Below, piece after piece: positions 34,341 through 45,729 of a stretch of DNA of 64,000 nt (the first letter of the stretch is position 1; every line of letters begins with the position of its first letter). The position numbers and the translations under genes were made by a program. Under the pieces are notes generated by a model. It did no database searches. It was not told the DNA's origin and saw only the letters and a program-made list of their open reading frames with translations. The DNA comes from Dudresnaya verticillata (Eukaryota), in contig OZ374564.1 in NCBI GenBank assembly GCA_977862235.1, positions 1,488,001 through 1,552,000 of the forward strand, read 5' to 3'.

Positions 34341-37278
34341 TCACTGGGCAGCGTTGCCCCCGGCCCCCGCTCCCGTCTGTGCAGTCTTCGACGGCGGAAA
34401 GCCAGGAGCGGAGGTGTTATAGCCGGTCACCTGGGCCGCAGCGGGCGGCTGAGTTGGCGCAGCAGCGCCTGCCGCGGTAGCCGACGCGTGGTACACCGCA
34501 GTGGCGTCAGCGGCAGCGGCCGCTAGCCCAGCGGAGCTCACTTTCCCCACTAAGGGACCATAACCCTGCGGCACATAGCCCAGGGGGACGGGAGCAGCGG
34601 CGCCCGGCTGCTGTGGGACTCCACCGCCCTGCACCACCATCGATGGGTTGTAGCTGGGGGGTCCCATGGGAGCACATGGCCAGCGGGCCCTGCGGCATAA
34701 GGCAGCATCGGTTGCTGCTCAGCCTGCGCTGGCGCATACGAAGGCATCGGCTGCTGCGTCAGCGCCAGCGCTGGGGGCGGCTGATACTCCTCTCGTGGCC
34801 GCTTGCCGAGGGATCCAACGACTGGGGACGAGCGGGCAGCGTGCCTCAGCTCCCCCTGTAGTCGTTGCGCATTGTGTGCAGACCTATCCCGTTCGGTGCG
34901 ATAGCGGAGGGTAATGGCGTTCGAAGCGGAGAGATCGTCATTCGTCCCCGCTAGATGGACCGCAAAGGCGGTAACAAGAGAGCGCAGCGGCGAATATTCA
35001 CCCAACTGTACGACCGTAGCGGCGCGGCGTACATTCTGGTCGATCCAGAGACTCGCTGCCGCCGGCGCGTCGAGTGCATCAGTTGTGGGCTGCGGCACAT
35101 AAGGGGCCACCGCCATCGACGGAGGTGGGCCTTATCTCACCGCCTGCCTCGACGGCGTCTAGGCAGCCGATCGACCACCGCCTGCCGCTCGTGACCTCCA
35201 CCCATGGCAGCGGCCGGGGGAGGCGGTGCCAAAGCTCGGGGCGCCGGTGCCGCGACGCGTGGCACCGCCGGCAGGTAGGGCTCGGCCTCCGAGGCCATAA
35301 CTGCAGCGGCCGACTTAGAAGCTCCACCTATACCCCGAAAGGCGCGCGGCTTAGCGGCTCGCTCGACGCGGGCCGTATCCGCCATCGAGGCGTAGCCACG
35401 ATCCTTCCGCGGCGTGCGTGCGCGTTGGATCTTGTGGAAGGTCTCCGCCACCGCGTTGACCCCGCAAGTGAATGCATCGACGCGTGTTGCCAAGTGGCGG
35501 CGACGGGTGTGTTTCTCTCGTACCGCGGCCTCGAAGCGCGTCGTGTTCAGCAGCTTCTTGAACTCGAACGTTACCGATGTGTTATCCAGGCCTGACGCGT
35601 CTCGGAGACGCGGAAAGCCCGGGCGCCTGCTGCGCCACAAGCGATCGAGGTAGACCAAGAGGCGGTCATCGAGGACCCAATATATCTCCTTCGATAGGAT
35701 GTCAGAGGCGTAACGACGCCCCACCTCAAAGGTATACTCGTCGGAGCGCCTAGCGAGGAGCTCTCGACGAACTTCCTCACTCCCCGCCGTGGCGTAGTGG
35801 AAGTATCGCTCGACGCTGGGCCACGGGACGATCATGGCAGTGGGCACGTCCCGGTGGGAATAGCACTCCGCGGAGGGAGACCACGCCGCGTCGTGCGCCG
35901 GGTGCAAGCTTGCACCCGTGGTGATGAGCCCATCGTCGGGGGCGCGGCAGATCGCCCAGTCCCGCTCTCCCATACACACGCTGAGGAGGCGGCGTACGCA
36001 GTCGGCATCGGCCAGACCTCGCGCCTCCTCCGGTGTCTCCCCGATGGGGATGTCCCTCAGTCAGGCCAACGAGGCCGCGAGGGGCTCGTGGAACCCATCG
36101 ACGGGTTTCATGAAAAGGGCTTCGCCGCCTTTATCCACGATCAGCAGCTGCTTGATCGTGGTGAAGAACGAGATGTCACACGGTAGGCCGTTCGGCACGA
36201 GCCATATCGGCGATGCGGGCATGAAGGCGTCGTAGGCAGCGGCCCCGCCATCATCGCTCGCATCTGCCACGCGCAGGAGACGTTGGACGGCGATCCTTGG
36301 CACGGGCAGCCGACGCCACTGATCTAGCGGGATCTGGTGGCGTGGTGCCTCCCACGCGAAGACAGTGGGAGCCAATGAAACTGCATTGGGCACCGCGACA
36401 CCGAGTCGCTGGGGCCCAATGGTCAGATACACCCCTCGCATGGTGATGACCGGCAGAGGGGGAGCCACGGCAGCGGCCGATGAGGAATCAATGGCAGCAG
36501 CCGTAGTTGTGCCAGGGGCGGTCGACGCCCCTGCACCGGGGTCGCCTTGCGCCGATGCGCCGAGGCCCCGTCGGGGCACAAACTGAGCCGCAGCGGGCGC
36601 AATTCTGCTCCCCCTTGACGCGGAGGCCGTCGACGACCCCGTTAGGGCACGGGCGCGAGCCACGGGCGGCGCGTCGAGGCGCGGAGCGGTAAAGGGCACA
36701 GCGACCCGAGCCGCCTCCTCTGGGTATGGAGTGGCATCGGCCGCTCCACTCCGGTCCAGACTTCCCAAGCCACGCAGCGGCGGTCCTTGGTTGGCCACCT
36801 CGACCTCCTCGTAGCTCATCAGAGGTCGGGTCGCCCTACCCCGAGCCAGCGCAGCGGCTGCTGGATCAGCGGGCATCGCGGTGGGAGACGTGTCAACCGC
36901 AGCGGCGGGACGCATCTCCAGTGTCTTGGAGGGCGCAGCGGCGCCCTTTCCAGCTTCGCCGGTAGCTGATGGGCCGGCATGCGCAGCGGCGCTCGACATC
37001 TTGGCTTCGGCGTCGTGGGACGGCGCAGCGGCGCCAGCCCCAGCCGCCGAAGCCGCAGCGGGGCCAGTGGGCACCGAATCCGCCACCGCGGCGAGCGGTG
37101 GGTGTGGTGGCGCAGCGGCTCTCTTCCCAGGCGCAGCCTGCATCCGGGGGGGTTGAACATCCTCCACCGGTTCCACTGGTGCAGCCGTCGATGGCGCACC
37201 AACGGCCGGCGGCGGCGTGGTTGCGAGCTTCCCTCCGTCAGGGGCGCCCCGAGTGGCAGACGAGCGCTTCTTAGCCAT
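34341..37278 (-). pseudogene. Antisense ORF of element D, ~980 codons, unknown function
   Basis: ATG 37278 (MAKKRSSATRG). ORF-track segments 36061-37278, 35137-35979, 34550-35116 and 34341-34667 chain with one in-frame TGA and about two frameshifts. Homolog at 57225-59287. Confidence 0.8.
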
Positions 37279-37332
37279 CCCTATCGCCGCACGTCGACGT
37301 TCGTGGTCGCGTCGAAGCGCAGGGCAGGAGGC

Positions 37333-38168
37333 TGTCGTGCAAACGTCGTGCTGAAGACGGAGAACACCTCCGGGCCGTTCGGGAGCCCGGTGGGTAGCCG
37401 CTAATAGCGAACTTGGTAGAGCAGGTTGAACACGCCTAGGGCGGACTGTAAACACCCAGGGCGAGCGGACAAAGGGGCAAAGAAACCCAAAAGGAAACAC
37501 GTTAACAACGGTTAGGAACGTGGAAACACGGATAGGTAGACGCTTATGCTTCCGGGCAGCGGTAGGGTGCGCGCTGTCGCGGAAGGGAAGTCTAGACCCA
37601 AACCGGCTTGCCGGGGCTTTACTGTTACGTCCTGGACGAGGTACCTAAGTAATACTATGGAGCCGCGGCGCGGCGGCTGCATGAAGTAGTGCGCGGGAAC
37701 CCGGGACGCGTGTCGCGTGGAGGTGCTTCTGACACGTTCCGGGACAATGCAGCCGCTGTGCGCCGGCACGTGCGTCTTATAGAGGCGCGCTCGCACGGTG
37801 CTGTAGGCGATCCGGATTCCGATCGCGATTGGCACCGTATTGCAGGCGTGTTTCTCTTACAGTGGATCCCGATGCCCGATCTGAATGTCGGATCCGGATT
37901 CGATCGGGATCCGGGCCAATCTGACAGTAAACTCCCTTACACCTCGTTAATCCCGATGCATCATCCAGATCCGCTCTGCAGCGTTGCGCCGTACAGTGCG
38001 TCGGGCGTGCGCGGCGCTGGGTTGTGGCACCCGCGCGTCGGTAGGCCAATCATCGATGACGTGTTCGCGCCAACGGCGAATGAGCCGTTCCGGGTGACCG
38101 TCCGTCGGTCGACGAGGTTCTCGGCGCCCATGGCGAGGAAATAAAAGCTCGGTCCTCCGTGTGCCACA
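37333..38168 (-). mobile_element. Solo LTR E (family C) inserted upstream of the antisense ORF
   Basis: TGTCGTGCAAAC...GTGCCACA with TSD GAGGC / GAGGC. Absent from the homologous region at ~59300-59400. Confidence 0.88.
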
Positions 38169-38427
38169 GAGGCAGCGAATAACACACACAACGACAGCGG
38201 TCACTGGTGTGCAGAAGCGTGTGGGCAAGGGGAAGGTTGTGGAGAGCGATACCCGCAACCTCCCCAAAGCTTACTACGCGGTGATCCTTATATGTGCAGC
38301 GGCGCAGACGGGCGGGCACGCGCATACACCGTCGACGGTGTCACGTGCCAACCATTGCCAACGGCCACTCGGGATTGCCATCGTGGCCCCGGGAAACCTC
38401 AACGGCCGTGAGCGGGGCGCTCACGCT

Positions 38428-38439
38428 GGAGGGGGGCCG
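38428..38439 (+). promoter_or_regulatory. Polypurine tract of element D
   Basis: GGAGGGGGGCCG immediately before the 3' LTR. The same arrangement (GAGGGGGCCG-TGTAG) occurs at 59596-59610. Confidence 0.85.
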
Positions 38440-39212
38440 TGTAGTATAGCTGTCAGCACACTATCAGAAGCGGCTGTAAGGTATGCTGGCAGCCCCGCAC
38501 TGTAATTGTGCACACGATGACGCCCGCTGCCGAGTCGGGATTGGGCAGCGTGCCCTTAGTTTTTTCGCTGATTTAGTAGCGGTCGACCCCATTGCTGCCG
38601 GCACCGGCCGCGCGCTGTGCCGTACACGGCGCGCCCAAGGGCGCTCTCCGGCATCGATCTGTTGAGAGGGCCGCTGCCCGTTACGCCCCGCGCGCGCCCA
38701 CGGGTAGCCGTTACCTGGACGTGTCGACACGTGTATGAGCGCGCGCTCGCACACCTCCCGCGTTGGTGTTGTGGGACGCACCTACTGTAGAATAGCCGTA
38801 GTGTACATATCGTAGGGTATTTAAGGGCGTGTGCCATCGACGGCTCAGTAAACCGGGTAAGCAACAGCTCGCGCTGAAGCTTGTCCCCCTCCTCTTTGGG
38901 TTCGATCCCGTGGCTTTACGCCAGCGGGGGTTTCCCTCTTCCCCCTTGCCTCGCTAGGCTTTTCCCCTTTCCTTTTCCTTTCCGTCGGCTTCGTGGCGCC
39001 CTTCGACAGGGACACTGGGATCCGGCCGCTGCCTACCCGCGTACGGTACGCCCCGTTCGCGCTCCGGCATCGACGCCGTCGATCCGCACCTGCGGGGCGC
39101 ACGCGGCCGACACCGCTCTACCATACAACCACAGCTACCCATCAACGGGTCTGTGTGGCGGCTTCAGACCAGCGAGTATCAGACGTCGGATCGACCCGAC
39201 GTCTATTCTACA
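38440..39212 (+). repeat. 3' LTR of element D
   Basis: Direct repeat of 25625-26413. Confidence 0.95.
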
Positions 39213-39217
39213 GGTTC

Positions 39218-41140
39218 CAGCTCAGGTTACATCTGACATTAACGAGGACCATCGGTAAGCATGCATCGAGCATCGTGCTAAGGTTTCTTATAAGGACTAC
39301 GACCTGACGAGGATCTAGAAGGACATCGCCAAGGTTCGTATCGACACTTCTGAGAAATCTCCCGAGGTTCAGATATATACATCGATCTAGTAGATGACAA
39401 ACCAGGCGAACTGGAATCTGCTCTGAACCGCGTGAAGCAAGCCCGTGCTAATGGCATGTCAAATTCAGGCTGTGGCAAGTTGTCGAATCTGTTCGTCAAT
39501 TACAATTAGGTTTTCAAGGAAGGCCGTGAAAATCCCCACCAGCCAATGTGGAACCGATTAGGGTCCGACTTGCGCCGGAAACCAAACCGGTGCGGGTCAA
39601 AGCGCGACGCTATTCACCTGAACAGCGCGCATTCATGGATAAGTATGCTGAAAAGTTCCTGCACATGGACTTCGCTTTGCTTATACCGACCGCGGCTTGG
39701 AAAGCTGCGCCGCTGATCGTGCCGAAACCAGGCTCTAGGTCCAAATACAGGATAGCCATCGACTTGCGTCTCGTCAATGCAGCGACGCTTAAAGATTCAT
39801 GGCCGATGCCACATCTCGATTCAGAAGTTCTGGCCTTTGCCGGCACCTCATGCTTCCCCAGTTTGGATTTCGTCTCAGCTTATTGACAACTACCGTTGCA
39901 TACGGACTCGTACAGCTCTTGTGGGATCGTTACACCACGGACCGTGCTTGAATTCAAGCGAGTACTTCCTGGTCTGGCTAACGCTACGTCCTACTTCCAG
40001 AGTAATGTTGAACCTCTGTTCAGAGAGTTTCGACTCAACCTGAAGGCATGGCTAGACGATTTCAGTGCTCATTCTCATACCGAATATCACCTTCTTCGTA
40101 TCCTGGAACGATTCTTGCAAATATGCCATCAGCATGGACTATTACTTTCAGCTCTCAAGCATGTCTTCTTCTCCAAGAAGATGAAGTGGTGTGGGCGCAT
40201 TATCAACGACGACGGGTACCGCTTTGATCCTTTACGGCTTTCTGCGCTTCAGGATATGGACTTACCGCACACCGCTGCTGCGCTGGCCGAGTTTATCTAC
40301 TGCTGTAGGTCGATAGCGACGTGTATACCGGAATTCGCACAGATCGTTGCTCCACTCACGTCAGTGCTGGAGGAAGCCTACTCCCATTCTGGAAAACGCA
40401 CCAAGCGTTCAATCAAGCATATTCCGTTGAGCACTCTGTCCTGGGGCACTCCCCACGCGGACGCTTTCCGCAAACTGCAGGACACACTGCGCAACTCTGG
40501 TACCCTTTCTCATCCTAAATCGGGAATGGAGATATGCGTATTCACGGATGCATTATATCGGTTCTAGTCTTCCGTTGTGACCCAGACTCAACCTGAAGGT
40601 CTGGAGTTACCCATTGAGGAGCAACGCCACGAGCCGTTGGCTTTCCTTGGTGCGGAGTTCAAGGGAGCTGAAGTCGGATGGAGCACGTTTGAGAAAGAGG
40701 CCTTTGCCATCTTCAAGACATTCGATAAGCTTGACTACATCCTGACTGGAGCTAACCCGGCACATATTTACACTGATCATCGCAATCTGCTGTTTGTTTT
40801 TGCGCCTCTTGCGCTTGAACCCGCTCTGGGACGACACATCGTCTCAAAGGTCCAGCGCTGAGCCATGTTCCTATCAAGATTTCCGTACGTCATCGAACAC
40901 GTGCGAGCACCCCGAGGATTTCTATCAGGATTCCCGGGCGCTGTGTGATATCCGCGAAGTTGGCGGTCAAGTTAAGATTCAGGTTGAATGGGATGGACTT
41001 CCAGATGCCATTGACTTGACTTGGGATCCACTGCAACAAGTCCATGAAGACCTTCCAATATTACTCGCCAAGTTCTTGGCCTCTCCGGGAAGCGCCCGGG
41101 TCAAGGCAAAGGCTCGTGCTCAGTTTTCTTCTAAATGGCC
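39218..41140 (+). pseudogene. pol: Element A gag remnant plus RT, RNase H and chromodomain (protease and integrase deleted)
   Basis: RT 'YRIAIDLRLVN...WLDDF...KWCGRII'. RH 'VFTDA...WSTFEKEAFAI...IYTDHRNLLFVF'. Jumps after 'FPYVIEHV' (~40900) to chromodomain-like 'IQVEWDGLPDAIDLTWDPLQQVHEDLP'. Confidence 0.9.
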
Positions 41141-41176
41141 TCGGTGGCGAACTGCCAATCTCGGTCATAGGGGCAC

Positions 41177-42216
41177 TGTTACATCTGAGCACCATTTGCG
41201 ATGTGCTATTCAGGTCAGGACCCGCTGCGCGGTAACGGCTGATCCGTTGAGCTCCCGACCTGAATTCTGCTGCGTGGACAATGGCTGCACTATTGAGCGA
41301 CGTGGTGCCGCCTGGTATGCGACCGGGTGCCACGTACAGCCACTTAGCTGATGTTGTAAGAGAATATCAGATGACCTGGATTTACTCAGTCTCTGATTGG
41401 TAGCTCAGACCCGGCGTCATGTGTGGCCCGCGGCCCACGTTGAACGCGGCAAGTCGATCTCCCTTTGCATTTCGCTACCCGAGGCGCAGTTTCTCTGTCT
41501 TTTGTAGCAGGACGCGAACCGCGTTCTGTAGATGGTTGCGGTTACGCATCGTAACGCGCAGCGGCTAACAAGCATCGACTGCTTGTAGATAGCAGCCGGC
41601 TTCAAGCTAGTGAAAGCCACATTGCTGTTGTTTAGGATTTGCACGACCCATTCCAGTAGGGTAGAAACGTTGTAGCTAACCATTAAGATTGACTTCGGGT
41701 ACGTTACTACGCAATCCCCGTTGTGCCCTGCACCGAGGTCAACATAAATTGCCTCGGTCCGCCGCATTTTGGGAGAAGACGGCAAAGATCATTCACTCAC
41801 TACAGTGAGTCCTGGTTGGGGCAGTCAAGCGTCTAGAGTTCACAATAAAGGCAGCCCTCTCTCGGCGAAAAGACTGAGCAGAGAGGTAGTGCCCTCTCAC
41901 TGTTCCGACCTCTGTATCCCTGTTCCCTATCCTTTCGCTGACCGTACTGCACCTCCTACCAGCCTGCTATGCTCTTGCATATTTCGTTCGAACCAAGCTG
42001 GAAATATTCAGAACGATACTCCCGAGATCTGGACTTCTCAGAGCTCAACCTGAACGTCTCAAGTCTCAACCTGAACTTCCTGAAACACCCTCCGTTTGAG
42101 CTAGAGACTATTGCTCCACATTCAGGTCAGCTCCTACAATCTTCCAAAATACGTTGGAACGATAATAGTTAAGCCATACGCGTTGCCCACCGCGTCGCTA
42201 GCCCCAGGCATTCACA
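41177..42216 (+). repeat. 3' LTR of element A (with a 311-bp insertion)
   Basis: Colinear with 21674-23709, preceded by the purine run AGGGG. Confidence 0.88.
41527..41837. mobile_element. 311-bp insertion G (probable solo LTR)
   Basis: Absent from the 5' LTR (gcgttcacaataa). TSD GTTC / GTTC. Termini TGTAGAT...GTCTAGA. Confidence 0.8.
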
Positions 42217-42472
42217 CAAGTGAGAAAGATAAGCTTCTCAATATCAGCCAATCAGAGGAGACCTTGTGGATTCCTGGGGCTAGCGACGCGGTGGGCAACG
42301 CGGATTTCTTGCCTATTATCGTTCCGACGGATGTTGGAAGGTTGTAGGAGCTGACCTAAATGTGCTGCAATAGTCTCTAGCTCAAACTGAAGGTGTTCCG
42401 GAAAGTTCAAGTTGAGACCTGAGACGTTCAGGTTGAGACCTGAGAAGTTCAGATTTCGGAAGTAGAGTTCTG

Positions 42473-43799
42473 TGTGGTGAAGTGGCCGTTGTAGAGTGCC
42501 GACGACGGTTGAGCCGACTCGCGACCTGCGCAACGGTGAGCTGGTGCCAAAAACCGAAGAGGAGTGCAGCGGTACAGTAGCACTGTATGCCTTGCTGGAA
42601 CCTGCGGCGACCACCAATCGGAACCAAGAAGTTGATGTATTGTTAATTAGGTAACTGGTAATGAATCTGTACAGTAAGTAGTGTAACGCCGGCCAATCAG
42701 AATGCCGCGACTGTCCGCAGCGGTGACTGGGACCAGCAGGGCCAGATCCACCTAGTGGACCAGACCCATCCGGGTCTGACCCCCACGGACCGGGCCACGG
42801 GGCATACCTTCCACTAGATAATGTGAGGCCACCGCGTACCCTGCAGTAAACAGGCAAGCAACCCTGGGCAAAGTACTTTACCCCAATCTTTACCCTCGTA
42901 CTCCTTGTAGTATAATGGCTCCAAGCCAGAAAACCGACGGCAGCACAGCGCGACAGCTGTTCTCAAGCCAATTCCACTCTCGTGGTTGGTAGCTCCTGAA
43001 GGGGGTGGTAGGGAGTTGAAAGGGCTGCAAACCCTGACCAAGAGGGGAAAAAGAAAGGCGAACCGTACTGCTTAGAGCAGTCGTCGTAGGTAGCACGTCT
43101 TGTAAACGCCTAAAGGGGGTATGTAGCGGTGATACCGTGAGAGTTCAAGAAAGGGTAGAAAAACCCAAGGCACACACCGCTGCCCGTTTAAGGCGGGTCC
43201 CTGCTACTCAGGGGCCTAATAAATACGACGGGAGCCGGAAAGTTACTACCTGCTCAGTTAGAGCTATAATCCTCACAGTGAGCCAAATACTGTACACTAA
43301 CAGTTACACCAGCGATTAAAAATAGGAATCAGCGGTCATACCGCTTCCGCACGTACGGCGTCACTGTAAGGCGCCGGGCCGAAAATAGCCGCGAAATCAT
43401 GGCACGTATCCACCACTCAGCGCGCATAGTGCTCACGTAGTCAATTGTCCAATGGCAAGTAGCCATCTCACTCATGTGGCCCACGCCTTACAGGCGTCGC
43501 GTGTACACGTGGCTCTTTATAGCGCCCCAGTGCTCGTTGTACCACACTCCTTCACTGTTTCCCCGCGGTAGTCCCGTCCACGTATACCTCTATCTCCGTC
43601 TCGGTGTAACTGCCCCGGCATTGTACCGCCCCCTTGTCCGTTGCTTCCCTGTACTCCTTAGACGTGTTGCTGACCGCGGTACTCCCTTCGGTCTACGAAT
43701 TAAGCTCTTGTGGCACAGCTCTACCACACCTGTTTGGTGCGAAACTTCCGTATTGGGATTGCTTGGTCAGCTCTCCTTACATGTGTACTTCTCACTACA
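42473..43799 (+). mobile_element. Solo LTR, family B (contains solo LTR F)
   Basis: TGTGGTGAAG...CTCACTACA, colinear with 23966-25539. No TSD recognisable. Confidence 0.85.
42906..43546. mobile_element. Solo LTR F
   Basis: TGTAGTATAA...TTGTACCACA with TSD CTCCT / CTCCT. Absent from the first B copy. Confidence 0.85.
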
Positions 43800-44273
43800 C
43801 CAAATTCCGAACTATTGCAGCTGGGCTCGAATTCAAGCCGGGAGGTCGTAGCAAGTTAGTAGGAGGTGCAGTGCGGCCGGTGAGAGGATAGGCAACAGGG
43901 AGACGGAGGTCGGAGCAGTGAGAGGGCGCTACCTTTCTGCTTGGTCGGTTCGCCGAGCGAAGTCTGCCTTTATTATTGTGAACAAGGTTCGCGTCCTGCC
44001 ACAAAAGAAAGAGAAACTGCGCCTCGCGCAGCGCAGCGAGATGCACAGCTGCAGCTGTCTCTGGACATGTGCATGGAGATCGACTTCCCACGTTCAACGT
44101 GAGCCACATCACATACATGGAGCCGGGTCGGAGCTACCGATCAGAGACTGGATAAACCCAGTTCCTCTGATATCATCTTACGACATCAGGTAAGTGGCTG
44201 CACGTGACAGACGGCCGCAAACCTGGCGGTGCCAAATTTCTAAATGGCGCAGCCACCGTCCATGCAACGCAAT

Positions 44274-45044
44274 TGTAGTATAGCTGTCAGCACCCCATCA
44301 GCAGTGCCTGTAAGGGGTGCGCAGATACGCACTGTAATGGTGTACCCGACGATGCCCAACTGGCAAGTCGTGGTTGGGCAGCGTGCCTTTAGCTTTTTTG
44401 TTGATTTTAGCGGCGGTCGATCGCCTTACTGTCAGCAGCGGCCGCGCGCCGTGCCGCACATGGCGCGCCCCATTGGCGCTCTCCGGCATCGAGCCGCTGA
44501 GAGGGCCGCTGCCCGTTACGCCCTGTGCTCGCCCACGGGAAGCCGGTACCCGGACGTGTCGACACGTGTACGGGCGCGCGCACGCACACCTCCCGCGTTG
44601 GTGTTGTGGGGCGCACCTACGGTAGAATAGCCGTAGTGTACATAACGTAGGGTATTTAAGGGCGTCTGCCATCGACGGCTCAGTAAACCGGGTAAGCAAC
44701 AGCTCGCGCTGAAGTTTTCCCCCATCCTCTTCGGGTTCGATCCCTTGGCTTTACGCCAGCGGGGGTTTCCCTCTTCCCCCTTGCCTCGCTAGGCTTTTCC
44801 CCTTTCCTTTCCCTTTCCGTCGGCTTCGTGCCACCCTTCGACAGGGACGCTGGGATCCGGCCGCTGCCTACCCGCGTACGGTACGCCCCGTGCGCGCTCC
44901 GGCATCGACGGCGTCGATCCGCACCTACGGGGCGCACGCGGCCGACAACGCTCTACCACACAACAGCTACCCATCAATGGGTCTGCGTGACGGGTTCTGA
45001 CCAGCGAGTATCAGACTTCGGATCGACCCGACGTCTATACTGCA
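44274..45044 (+). mobile_element. Solo LTR, family D
   Basis: TGTAGTATAG...CTATACTGCA, colinear with the D LTRs. TSD GCAAT / GTAAT. Confidence 0.92.
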
Positions 45045-45729
45045 GTAATTCAGGTAGGGAGCTCAACGGTGCCGCCGTTGCCGGGCAGCGGGTCCTGACT
45101 TGAGTAGCACGTCCCAAATGGTGCTCAGGTGTAACAAACTGCACAATTAAACAATTCGGTATGATTGCATCAGGGCATATGGAAGGAAATCTAGTTGCTC
45201 TTGTCGGTAATGGCGACCAAAATACTTTCTATACTACCATTTAATATGTTCATTCTACAGATAATCTGGACGATTTCTAATTGTTAGCCAGAGATCTTGA
45301 TGCAATGATATCGAATCTGCGCAACATTTTCAACGGCAGAAGTTGTTTCGCATCAGGTCTGTTTCTTGACTAGTGTGCTAGCGCATCTGCATTTTGTCGA
45401 AGCTGACTCACTCTAATCTAATCGCAAAAATTGTATCATCACACCACACGCAGTACGTTCTGATCCCGATTGCCATTCGAACAATATGCCTTCACTGGGG
45501 GCCAGTGTCTATCCTACAAACTCATGAGAAGGCACACATTGGGGCAACCGCACGTTCACTTGAATGACCAATAGGGTCCCTGACTCAAATACAGTAGTAC
45601 GTGTCGCGTAGAGTATCTGCCTATAGGTAATTGGACTGTTCCTGAAAAGATAAAATGTCAGAGAAGAACCAAATGCACTATTTGAGCATTTGCACATTTA
45701 GTACGTCTCTCGGCACTCCTGATAAACCC

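Larger units (their letters stand above)
25625..39212 (+). mobile_element. Full-length chromodomain Ty3/Gypsy element D (13.6 kb) with an extra antisense ORF
   Basis: LTRs 25625-26413 and 38440-39212 (TGTAGTATAG...CTATACTACA / CTATTCTACA). TSD GGTTC / GGTTC. Domain order gag-PR-RT-RH-INT-chromo. PPT lies before the 3' LTR. Confidence 0.95.
21674..42216 (+). mobile_element. Outer Ty3/Gypsy element A (internally deleted, expanded to 20.5 kb by nested insertions)
   Basis: 5' LTR starts TGTTACACCTGAGCACC (21674). 3' LTR starts TGTTACATCTGAGCACC (41177) and ends ...GGCATTCACA (42216). CAAG flanks both outer ends (4-bp TSD). The gag-like frame rejoins across insertions B and D. Confidence 0.8.
42265..45136 (-). 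mobile_element. Family A solo LTR in reverse orientation, with nested insertions
   Basis: Reverse complement of the A LTR: TGTGGATTCCTGGGG (42265) ... GGTGCTCAGGTGTAACA (45136). Flanks ACCT / AACT. Confidence 0.85.

Noticed and set aside
37279..37500. N-terminal 74 aa of the 479-aa ORF-track entry
   Set aside because: It starts at a non-ATG codon inside solo LTR E. The homolog indicates the start at 37278.
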